Of a stretch of 64,000 bases of DNA, positions 13,318-24,860 are shown piece after piece; positions within the stretch are counted from its first letter, which is position 1, and each line of letters begins with the position of its first letter. Source of the DNA: Setoptus koraiensis (taxonomy: Eukaryota > Animalia > Arthropoda); assembly GCA_048013815.1 (NCBI GenBank), contig CM106586.1, positions 9,672,001 through 9,736,000 of the forward strand, written 5' to 3'. The notes under the pieces were generated by a model. It worked only from the letters and a program-made list of their open reading frames with translations, was not told where the DNA came from and did not search any database. The position numbers and the translations under genes are program-made.

Positions 13318-14584
13318 TGCGCTTTGTTGATTCAACTGGGGTTAGTAAGTACTGAGGGCAGTATCGACTGCCAGAGATTTGCGTCATATTGAAAATTCAT
13401 TCTCAATCAAAAAATGAATTGAATGTTTGAGTCACACCAACAGTCTACATGACATAAAATATTACCCTAGCCTAGATTTTGGAAAAATGATCTGAGATAC
13501 GACGTCTATATCTCAATAAATATGCGAATTGAATGGACTGGTTCATGTAATTCTAATACTTATTTAGCAATCGATGGCATTTTAACTAGCCTTTGAACCA
13601 AGCAAATTAATTATATGACTACTTTTGGCATACTGTTATTTTTCGGAAAAACCGACATTATCTTAGAATTTCCAAGGAATGTAGTAGGATAAAAAAGAAT
13701 GTTTACTATCGCATTCGTAGATAATATGTATGCTGTTTGTGAATTCTCCGAGACTCGAGAGCGAAATAAATATACACAGACATAGGCATGACAAAAGCCC
13801 GTAGCTACCCTATGTACGGTTTCAGTGTAGCCTACCAAGTGAAGCCTATGCCTCACATGAACGCAGCAGAAACGGCACCAAGAATGTTATGCATTGAGTT
13901 GATGTAACGGGTCCAATGGGGAACGAGAGATTATGTAAGCCTAGAATTCGAGTCTACTTCTTACCTTCAAAGGCATGCTTCACTTTGCTCATGATGGGCT
14001 AGTGTACGAGGGACCCGTCAACCTCGATAAATAATTTTATGATAACATGAATGTCTGATGTATTCTTAGATGTTTCATCAATAATAATAAATAAATCCAC
14101 TTTTGTATATGTGGATTCTGCATAATAAGTGAATATTTGTATAATCAGAATTTTATAAGAATGATATTTAATTGCTCAAGAACGGCACACGTACCTTAAT
14201 GTGGATTCGCAATAATACAATCACCTATGTGTGAGATACATCGAATATCAATTGTACGATAATCATGGAAATCGCCGAAAAAAAGAAATGAAAATTAGCT
14301 TATATAACAACAATTCCATCGTGATTAGACACCCCGCAAAATCAAATGGAATTTAGGAGGAATAAGTTACGTCCAAGTAAATCAAGAAGCTTCAATTATT
14401 GCACCTACCATCTATTATTTGAGAGACTTTCGCCCAAAAGACAACTAATAACAAGTATTATTTTGTAAAATCGGTTGTCATCGTACAGAATTGTATCTTA
14501 TTTAGTTGCGTGGAGCAAAAAAGATTACCAACGAATTATTCTTGCTATTAAAATCATAATCAGCACTGAATCAATAGCAACGCA

Positions 14585-17500
14585 ATGCAGCTTTCGATAT
14601 TTCCTAAAAACGCTAGGAGCAATATATTTGTACAACAACTATCAATTGCTACAATGCCATCAATAGCCTTTATATTATTAGTAATCTTATCATTCTCAGC
14701 CAAATCAATGCGGCTGCAGGAGCAGCAGCCAACAACAACCGAGTCACTGGACAAAGGTAGCAAATTATCATTTAGTGATAGTCAAGAATATCGCCAATTA
14801 TTAGCAGAGTCGATTAAAGACTGGTCACAGCGGCTTAGCACCGACATCTATGAGGGTAGCTCCGAAACGGGTTGCATAAGATCCATTCGCGAGGCTTACA
14901 TGGACCACAAGGCCACAATAGATATTGTTGATGCACCAAAACTGCATTCCGACATAATAGGACAAATATCCAACATGATGAGCTGGCATAAGAAGGCCGT
15001 AGAGGCGATAGCCCGCACAGCCGAATCGCTTGCTGGCAATCATACATTTGATAAGACGCTTCGTTTTGATTATGTTGACGTTCATCGGATTCGCGACGCC
15101 AATGAATACGGTGGCATAACAATATCAGAGACGGGCACCTACGATAGTGCCATGGTCAACTATAATCAGCAACGTCTATCATCTGTTCTGGAGGATAGTA
15201 CCACTACCAATAGTGGCGGCGCAAATTACATAAATAACCAACAAAACAACAACAGCAGCAGCACAACGATTCCAGCCTCAGCCCCAACCCCAGTATCACC
15301 GGCTTCATCATCAGCGTCCGAGTGGCAAACTCCATATAGTTATTTAGCTTTGGAGAGGCACAAGAATTTCGAAGACATTCTCGTCAGTACTGACGACTCA
15401 GCCGTCCACGTACCAGTTCACATTTATCCTGGCGAACAGAAAGTGATGAACGGCATAGCGTGGTCAAGTGGGTTGACCAAGGTTTACAAGGACAACATGG
15501 TTAGAAATCCACGCTTGACAAATCAATATTTTGCCTCTTACCTGGGCTTCATGCGCCTGTTTCCCGCTCAACAATGGCCAATACTCAAAAGTGAGCCAGA
15601 TCTATACGATGCCCGCATGAGACCATGGTATGTGTCGGGTGCCTCCAGTCCTAAAGATGTCGTCGTTCTTGTGGATTCCAGTGGCTCCATGACAGGTTCT
15701 AGGCGTGATATAGCCAAAGGTGTCGTATTTGAGATACTGGACACCCTGACGGATAATGATTATTTCACTGTGTTGAAATTCTCAGACAATATAGCACCAA
15801 TTGGTGTGCCGCAATGCGACAATCTTAGATCGCCCAAGTCAACATCGAATATGGCCTCACAGTATACGATGTCCATGCAGAGTGACAATGGCGTCAATCA
15901 GCGCACGCCCAGCTCGTTGGAACAGACCGACAGCTCAAATATACAATCGTGGGCCAATAATAATAACTTGCCTAAGATTAGCAATATCACTCAGGATCTA
16001 GAAAAGGTCACTCTATTGCCCGCAACGGGGAGAAACATACGTCATATAAAGGGAAATTTCACCATCACAACATCGGGCATAGCAAATTTCACTCATGCAC
16101 TAATGTCCGCCTTTGAATTGTTACAAAATTACAACAGATCACAGAGTCTTGGCTCGCAATGCAACCAAGCTATTATGTTGATCACTGATGGATCGCCGTC
16201 TAGTTTTGAAGAGATATTCCATCGCTACAACTATCCCAACATACCTGTGCGCGTTTTCACCTACTTGATAGGACGAGAAGTAGGCGATGTAACCAATACT
16301 AAATTAATGGCATGCCAAAACAGAGGCTACTATACGCACGTTATTAATTTGCCCGAAGTTAGAGAACAAGTTCAGCAGTACATACCAGTTATGGCTAGAC
16401 CATTGGTTTTGTCTGGACATCATCCAGTTGTGTGGACCGCTGCCTATGGCGATTTGACCTATCTAACGCTCAACGATTGGGTTTGGGAAAGTAAACGACG
16501 CGAACGAGCCAGAAATATACTATCCGGGGACAATGCTTTTTCCATCACTGAGCCAACATCAAGTCAAACCGAGGGCGCCATCACCGATGCCAGCCAACCG
16601 AAACCGGCCCTAGACCAAGATCAGACAACGAGCACTGGATCTCCGTACTATGGCGACGATTATCTGTCTTCGCAGGTCAGAGATGAATTCGACATATTTG
16701 GCTATAACGAAGAAGAGTGCTATTGGCAAACTAAACGAACTGATCTATTGACCACTGTTGTACAACCTGTCTACGACACAAAAAACACCTCAGTGCTCGT
16801 TGAGCGAGTTCTCATCAAGAATGTCTGGATGGAACAAGAAACCCAGGCTAGGACGGCACAAATATTAGGCGTTGCTGCGGCCGACATGAAAATATCCGAC
16901 ATAGTTGCTATGGCGGCTAGTCACAAATTGGGACCCAATGGCTATCCAATACTTCTATCCAACAACGCCTTCGTGATGCATCATCCCGATTTGAGGCCCA
17001 CAATGGAACCAACAAAAGATGATCCAGACAAAAATTCAAAGATACTTAAACCATTTTTTGCTTCAATCGATTTCAGCCAAGTGGAGCACACTGTCAGAAG
17101 TGACAAATCAGCTGACGAGGACCAACCGTACGATTTCGATGCCAAGTTATTACATCTGAGAGAATCGGCCATGAAGAGACTGACCGGTTGGGACACCCTT
17201 GTTATTAAGACTGCCAGCGATTGCCAAAAGAGAGTACAGACACGTAATCAAACTTTCTACTATGGACCCATCAAGGATACACAATTTGCGTTTATGATCG
17301 CCATACCACAACCATATGGTGCCTACAAAGTCAAGGCGCAGATTGAAATTAAACGAAACAATCCTCAATTAAAGCCGTTGACAACCTATTTTATGCCATC
17401 AAGTTTTGACCTATGGACGGTGCATCCCGATTATAACTATTGTGATGGGCCGGCCAACAATTCCGTCACCACTATATTGGATCTAATACAGCGCATAGAG

Positions 17501-20014
17501 AGAGGCCGTTACGATGACATCCAATGGAGACATTCCTCTAGTAATCCGCCTTTGTTTGTGCCAGGAAAATTAACCTGTGATAAGGATCTAGTGCAATCGT
17601 TTGTATTTGACGCAATAGTAACTCATAACATGCCAGATAGATGTAGTTTACCCACGCCAGGAATAGAGTAAGTAGTGACAATGATTACCTCTTTGTTTTT
17701 TGCACGTGTTTGTATTTTTTTTTTATTAAGTTGCATGAATAAATTTGCATTTTTTCAGATACTTTCTCTAATAACATATGCTCATGATGGAGGCATAATA
17801 ATCAAGATTGAAACGATTAGTCAGTCTATCATCTTTATCGGTATCACAGCATCTCGGGTTAGTTGAGCAGGGCACCAATGTGATTGAATCAGGTTGTGAG
17901 ATCTCTGGCGAAGTTCTCCTCACTAACAATCTTTTTGTTTGGACAAAATTCATGGAGAGTAAGTAGATTAGTGAGTTAGCAGAGCCGCCATTGAGAGCTA
18001 CACAACTGTGCTGCCTTCGTTGAGCCCGATTGATCGGACCGATGGCCCGGATGACCCGAATTTCTCCATGATATGGATGCGGTTCGGGATACATTCAGGA
18101 GCCAAACAAATCGCAATGTTTGACTAACACTCTTGAAACTATATTCTCTCGCCTCTAAAGTCCTCTTGCCATGTTACTTGCTCTACTTCCAAGGTAACCA
18201 ACAGATCATCATCGATATGTGTGAAGAAATAACTGGTTCAATTGTATCTTACAGAAACATCAATGCAAAGCGACATGAATTTTTCTATCTATATCTTTCT
18301 AAACTATGTTCAATTCTATCCAACATGCATGATAATCTAACATATCTTTCATCCTGTCCAATTTCATAGGTCCAGTGTACTAAGCATGTATGGAGTTCAC
18401 ATGTCATTCGTGGCAACCAGAAGCGGTCTAACCAGAGTGAGAGTTTATGACTCCAATGAGGTTATCAAGAGAACAGCGGAACTCTTCATAGCGAAACATC
18501 CCAGAACTGTTGACGAGACCTACTATTCGCGTACTGTTGATTACAATATGTTGATAAATGAAACAGCCACCGTGATATCGGTGCCATTCAACGCTCACAA
18601 AAGACTCTTGGAAAGAATGAAATCCATCTATTCCCAAGAGGAGACTTATAGTAGTTATAGGTCTAATATGATGCTCGATATGACTCAGCAATACACTGAT
18701 GCCAAAAGGGGTGACTATCAGAGTTTGAGCGCCTATGAGCAGTTGGATCTATTGACCAACAGCACTGTTTATGTTAGCGGTACACAATCGATTATTATTG
18801 GCGAGGGCAAACAACGTTCTGTGGCCGGAGTTGTTGGTCTTCTCTATGATTATGCAACATTTGCTAAACGATTCTTTAATACAACAACTCTGAGAGTATC
18901 ATCAACAACAACTTCACAACAACAGCGAGCCACATTGTGCCAAAATGACGATGGATATAATACTTGTCCAACTCAATGCGGCTATAATAACGATTCAATT
19001 CATTGCTTTCTCATTGACAATAATGGTTATGTGGTAGTAAGTGAGGATTTGCAACATATTGGTAGGCATCTCATGGAATTGGATGAGATTTTATTTTCGT
19101 CATTGGTGGCAGACGGTATATATCATCCTGTGAAATTGTACGACTATCAAGCTACTTGTATCAGGCCAGAGGAAAAGAATCTCTATTCCACGGCATCATC
19201 ATTCCGATTTAACACTTCGCCAGGCGTATTTTGTTTGAAAATGATATTAGCCATTTCGACTAATCTAGTGAATGTGTTCACGTGGATAATGGAAACGTCA
19301 TTTGTTGTGATTGCATCATTGTGGAAAAGAAATTTTAATATAGATATGATACTTATGACAACAGCACCACTAAATTTCAACAAAAATAATGCTGAGGCCC
19401 AAACATTGCGTTCATCACTTTTGCCTAACAAGACAGTAATAAGGCCTTGCGAGAAGACTTTTACTTTATACGAGACACGTCCATCATCCTTCCAACAGCG
19501 CAATAACAAAGTCAATAATGATATTTTTGGAGGAGGTGAACAACAACAACAAAAATCATCATCAACAACTCATAAACATAATCAAGAAATTCCCATATCC
19601 ACATATATTAGCAATTGCAAATGCGAAAATTGGTTTGTCTATGGACAGGTGTCAAAATCAAATCTGATAATGCTGGTAGTTCATCAGTCGACAGATTGTG
19701 AACTGAACAAACAGAATGGTTTTGGTTGCGATCTCAATAACAGGCTCTCAAATCGTGGCTCGAGTAATCCGATGGAAAGTAAACAGATTCTAAATGATTT
19801 AGAAGACTCGAGAGATGCCACTTGTGTAAGATTGGAGAGAGAGGCTAATCTACACAGACAAAAACCAGACACCTGTGTCAGTCATCATCCAGAGGAAACT
19901 TTTATTCATGTTTGCGGTTCAGCTAACAAAATAGTTGCAACATTTTCGTTCAGCATCTTTGTAGTAGTTATGACATTAGTAATAATGAACTTTATGATTG
20001 TCGAAATAATTTAA
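14585..20014 (+). CDS. Voltage-dependent calcium channel alpha2-delta subunit (straightjacket/CACNA2D-like)
   Basis: Signal peptide; YDARMRPWY; VWA MIDAS VVVLVDSSGSM; CNQAIMLITDG; Cache domains; hydrophobic C-terminal tail. Exon 14585-17667 (GTAAGT donor) joins in frame to 18370-20014 (CATAG acceptor), with a probable microexon at 18161-18193. The start could instead be the later MPSIAF Met. Confidence 0.92.
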
Positions 20015-20351
20015 AATAACATGAATAATAATTAAATATGTATATATAACGCCTCGTGTGTGTATATATCGCAACGAGCAATTAGTGCAATAACAAATGT
20101 GAGAATCTAAATATAAATTTAGCATTTCATCATCATTAAATCTATGCAATATACGAAAGAACACACAGTTGAGACTTCTCTCCGTTATCTTAGTCTTTTT
20201 ATTATATGATAAAATCACTTAGAATGAGAACTTGATCACTTAAACAATTAGTTTCCTTATTTTCTTTACTGACGCTAACCTAACTAACCTAATCTTTTGT
20301 GATTATGTAGATTATATCACTCAAGGTAGACTTTAGAAGCGTTGACAACTA

Positions 20352-21186
20352 TCAATTCGAACAGTTCGGGGAGCATGAGGAACCTTGGCTTGAGGGTAGA
20401 ACCGCATTCATCTCATACTGGTGCTCATAATGACGAGAACCTGTGGATGCTGATAGATTATTTGATGTTAGTTTGATAGTATCATAGTTGAATCTATTGT
20501 TGGTTGAGTTGGCAATGCGCTGGGCAATTTTACAGAACATTTCGTCAATTGTAGGCTCATTTGTTTTACAGCTTATCTGGAAGTAGGCCTCTATTTTGGA
20601 GAACTGTTCCATAAAAGTATCAACATCGTCATCTGTTACTTCTGTTTCATTGAGATCTACCTTGTTGCAAACTAAATAAATTTTTGCATTCTCTGCTAAT
20701 GATAGCACCTCTAATAGATGCTGTGACAAGCAATTGAAAGAGTCTATGTTATTTTTTGCGAACACCAACAAAACAGCCTCAGAGAATTTATAATATGAGT
20801 TTGATATTGATCCAATCCTCTCAAGACCTCCCGTGTCAAATAATCTTAGACTAATAGACTTGATGGAGCCACTATCTGTCATGCATTCGTACTGTTTACT
20901 GTAATTGTCCAAGCCAAGAGTGGATTGTCTATATTGGTTCCAATCCATCTGTGAGGTATCGACAAAAGTGTTCTGTGAGATAAACGTTTTCATAGGAGAA
21001 ACATAAATTTGAAACATAAATAAAATTAGATTGGATTTTCGATCCGGTACGTTTGGTGATTTTTCTTATATATCGATTTATATCGATTGCTAGATTTACC
21101 TGAGAGAACCTTCTAAATATGGAAGTTTTTCCTACACCATACTCGCCACATAGAATAACCTTGAATTCCGGGCTAGATGTTTGCAT
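20352..21186 (-). CDS. Atypical Rab-family small GTPase (resembles insect RabX6 from memory)
   Basis: Exons 21186-21100 and 20972-20352 (127-nt GT-AG intron, in frame). P-loop GEYGVGKT, G3 FDTGGLE, YYKFSEA, G4 NKVD, C-terminal Cys residues (SSCSPNCSN). Confidence 0.85.
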
Positions 21187-22168
21187 TTTAGTTGTGTATT
21201 CAATCTGACTAAAATTATTATTTAAATCACAATATCTATAGCTTTAAGAATCACTGTTTCCTCGAATGAATGGAAATAAATTTATCTTTGTGCCTTTGAG
21301 CAGCCAAGTTCCATCATAGAGATTAGGAATATATTACAATATATCGTTGCTTTTGAATCATTGTTAATATTATTATTGATATGATTTCGTAGGCAAGCAT
21401 CTGGATAATATCAGAAACATTGTCTACAATAGTGGACAACTTGGTATTTTGTGTTTGCTGCTGAACGTCAATCAAGATATAGATAGCCTATTTATGCAAT
21501 GAACATGAAGAGATACAGATGTAAACAATCAGAGAAGCACCATCATATGTTAACTTTTCCGTGGTCATGAAGAGCATTTCACCGATTGTCTCGTACCTAG
21601 TTCAAATGAAATACTGAAGGGCGGCGCTCTTCAATTCCTCTGCGCCGTGTGAGTAGAAATTCATATTCAAAGTGGATCAATAATCCGCTTCAATGCACTC
21701 TATAGTAATGCAATCAGGAGAATCTAAACATTCCGCGAGACACTGTTTGCCTGCCTATGTCAATTCGCCAAGTCGCAAGCGCCCCTGCCGGATTCAGTGC
21801 GATGCTTAGAATGAACTCGGACCAGATTAAGTCCCGAATGACACAGAGCATCTTGCAATTTACTGTGCGCATAATAAAAGTGAACTCATTCTTATGGAAA
21901 CAAGCAACATAGCGGCATACAATCATCTCGACAGGTGTTTTGCTCCTGTTTTTGCTTGTGTCTCAAGTATGGTGGCTAGGCTCTCACAAGGAGCACAAGT
22001 CGACCTCTATGGAGTATTCTTGCCGAACGGGGAATTTATTGGACACCAAATAAATTAACTACAACTAAAGAATCATTCGCGCGCAACCAATACAACCTCA
22101 CAATTTCGACAAAAAATGTTTCTCGAGAATAAAAAAAGGCGATAGTGATCTGTACTTCATTCTTTCCT

Positions 22169-23551
22169 TCATTCATCGTCATCATCGCCATCTTCACCCT
22201 CTTGAGCCTCCTCTTGAGCCTCTTCTTCATCCTCCTCCTCATCTTGTTCACTAGCATCGCCTCCGTCATCCTGGGCATCATCGTCTTGCTCATCATCTTC
22301 GGCATCATTCGTATCATCGATTTTATCTTCAGCGTCTACATTATTACCATTTTGGTCCTTGTCAGTACCATTAGCATCTAACTCTACATCGGTTCTAGAC
22401 TCTGCCTTCTTCTTCTTTTTAGCGTTTGTTGTTTTGCTAGATCTATCGTCATTTCCCTCTAGTTCTTCACTCTCAGAGCTCGGCTCGGAATGGTCATCGA
22501 ATTTTCTGGATTTACGTTTCGTAGAAGAACTGTCCGACTCATCTTTGTTCGTTCTCGATCCCGAATGTCTACCACCTTTAGACCCAGAATCGTCGTTCTT
22601 AGTAGGACAATCTCTACTAATGTGTCCAGTCTCATGACAATTATAACAAGTCGTGCCACCTCCGCTCTTGGGGCAATTACGACTAATGTGACCTGTCTCT
22701 TTACAATTGAAACATGTGGTGCCTCCGCTGTTGTTACGACCACCGCCGCCGCCGCCACCACCTCCACCTGAGGGGCAGTCCTTGCTGATGTGGCCTACCT
22801 GGTTACAATTGTAACAAGTGGCGCCTCTTCCGCCACCTCCACCGCCACCGAACTTACCTCCTCCTCCACTTGATTGTGGGCAATTACGGCTTATGTGGCC
22901 TGATTGGTTACAATTGTAACAAGTCGAACCTCCACCACCGCCGCCACCTCCGCGGCCTCCGTATCCGCCGCCTCCGCCGCTACTTTTAGGACAGTTTCTG
23001 CTGATATGTCCAGTTTGATTACAGTTATAGCAGGTGGTTCCTCCACCGGCGCCTCCTCCTCCGCCTGATGCGGCTTGTGGACAGTTACGGCTAATGTGAC
23101 CCGTTTGTTGGCAGTTGTAGCATGTGGAGCCACCTCCTCCTCCACCTCCTCCGTAACCTCTGTCGCCACCACGATTTCCACCATAGCCACCGCCACCGCC
23201 GCCGCCACCAGATTGAGGACAGTTGCGGCTTATGTGGCCTGTTTGGTTGCAATTGTAGCACGTGGATCCACCACCGCCGCCGCCACCACTGCCATAGCCT
23301 CCACCTCCTCCTCCGCCGCCGCCGGATTGTGGACAATTTCGGCTAATGTGACCTGTCTGATTACAGTTGTAGCACGTAGAGCCTCCGCCGCCTCCGTAGC
23401 CTGTGTCACTTTTCATTCCCATGCCTCCTCCGCCGCCGCCACCTCCTTGTGATTGCGGGCAATTTCTGCTTATGTGACCATTTCCGTTACAATTGTAACA
23501 GACTGCATTTGGTGGCCCTCCGCCGCCTCCATAATAGTTCATGGTGTTCAA
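22169..23551 (-). CDS. CNBP/Gis2-like CCHC zinc-knuckle, Gly-rich nucleic-acid-binding protein with acidic tail
   Basis: 460-aa single-exon ORF with nine C-x2-C-x4-H-x4-C knuckles (CYNCNQTGHISRNCP type) separated by poly-Gly/RGG linkers, then a basic segment and a D/E-rich C-terminus. Confidence 0.85.
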   Translation of the reverse strand: MNTMNYYGGGGGPPNAVCYNCNGNGHISRNCPQSQGGGGGGGGMGMKSDTGYGGGGGSTCYNCNQTGHISRNCPQSGGGGGGGGGYGSGGGGGGGSTCYNCNQTGHISRNCPQSGGGGGGGGYGGNRGGDRGYGGGGGGGGSTCYNCQQTGHISRNCPQAASGGGGGAGGGTTCYNCNQTGHISRNCPKSSGGGGGYGGRGGGGGGGGSTCYNCNQSGHISRNCPQSSGGGGKFGGGGGGGRGATCYNCNQVGHISKDCPSGGGGGGGGGGRNNSGGTTCFNCKETGHISRNCPKSGGGTTCYNCHETGHISRDCPTKNDDSGSKGGRHSGSRTNKDESDSSSTKRKSRKFDDHSEPSSESEELEGNDDRSSKTTNAKKKKKAESRTDVELDANGTDKDQNGNNVDAEDKIDDTNDAEDDEQDDDAQDDGGDASEQDEEEDEEEAQEEAQEGEDGDDDDE

Positions 23552-24603
23552 GAGTATATGTATTGGTGAGTCTCTGAAGTGATCTGTTGGATTTAATCAA
23601 CAGACAGAACGCGCAAATAGGCTAAATGTGGTGAGAGTATCTACTCTAATATTTTGGTCTCGATGTACTATTATTATTACTGAGATGCGTGTGTGTTATT
23701 TTATTTAATAGCAATTGTAATAATAAATTAGTGATTGTTGATTATAATAGTTAATGTTAATAATTATGACAGTGCTAATATATATTAATGATATAGTCTG
23801 ATTATGATAATTTAAATTTCTAGTCATGCACCTCAAACTGAATGGTAATGTTGAATAGAGAATTAGAATTTGCTTGGACAAAACCAGTGGCACGGGTTTT
23901 GTGGTGTGTGCACTTTAACAATAAACTTTTCTCATGTGAAGCGATGCCGTTTTTCCCCCAAATTGCCAAACATCAGGCAAGAAACAAGACTTGGCCTATC
24001 GGGAATTTAATGAACTGAAATGCAACTAAAAATTCATTTTACGAAAGAACAGAATTTTGTGTGGACCAAAAAGCATGCGTTCTTTTAGTTTCTTCATTTT
24101 GATTTCGACCTGACACGCGTGCATCAACAGTCGGATGGCCGCAGTCGCATTGTTCGCTCTGGCGGCAATTCACCGAACTCTATATCCATTTTCATTCATG
24201 TCGCCAATGTTTCGGCGATGCGCCAAATTTGAACTGTCATCGTGGAAAAAATTCACACGTGAATATTCATTCATGACCGCTTGCAAGTTGCAACGAATAT
24301 ACGAATATGTAGTAGAATATGGTGATCATTCATTTATTGGCGATAACAATTTCACCAACAAATGCGTTAATCAACAAAAGTTTAGTTAATAATTAATAAC
24401 TATCGTATACAGTGTAATTATTAATTACACTATTGAGCTACTCTCCGATGAAACGGATTGGTGGTCAAGTTGATTGGAAGGTTCTGAAAGCCTCCGAATG
24501 GTCGATTGACCTGACAAGTTGAGCGCCCTTTTTCTAACTGTTATTTACTAATACATTCATTTTTCACAGTCTATACAGCCTCAAACGTGTAAAACGTGTG
24601 TAA

Positions 24604-24860
24604 ATGTCATACATCTATCTAGAAAACTTCAACTCGATTGAAGTAATTTGTCAACGTGTCATGCATCGTAAAATTGACAGTTCTTGCGAGAAGGCAAAAG
24701 TTTCTACCTATTTTACTCCTCCTACGCGGGAGAAAGAGGCCGTATCGGGAAACTTGTATCGCCAAGCTTTCGAAAGTTTCACATATTGAAAATGGGACCA
24801 AGTACCCATTGGTTCAATCATTGAGGTTGTTGAACTTGCCTGAAGCACCCAATAGTGTAG
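24604..24860 (+). pseudogene. Decayed inverted duplicate of RNase H2 subunit C
   Basis: KIDSSCEKAKVSTYFTP matches KIDSSCETARVSTYFTP of the gene at 33129-32677. The central part is deleted and TGG has become TGA (TY*KWDQVP vs TYWNWDQVP). Upstream 24220-24360 also matches the reverse complement of about 33450-33590. Confidence 0.8.

Noticed and set aside
17893-17958. Possible 66-nt cassette exon (CAG...GTAAGT) in the alpha2-delta intron
   Set aside because: In the required phase it reads G-TTG-TGA, an immediate stop. It could only be a poison exon, and there is no evidence for that.
17768-18094. 108-aa antisense ORF nested in the alpha2-delta intron
   Set aside because: No recognisable motif or supporting splice and promoter context.
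21480-21930. Minus-strand fragment HGAEELKSAALQYF reminiscent of the BTB/BACK region of SPOP-like proteins
   Set aside because: Surrounded by stops in all frames; the similarity is too short to support a pseudogene call without a search.
22036-23452. Alternate-frame and antisense ORFs over the CCHC gene
   Set aside because: Shadow ORFs caused by GGN/GAN codon repeats.
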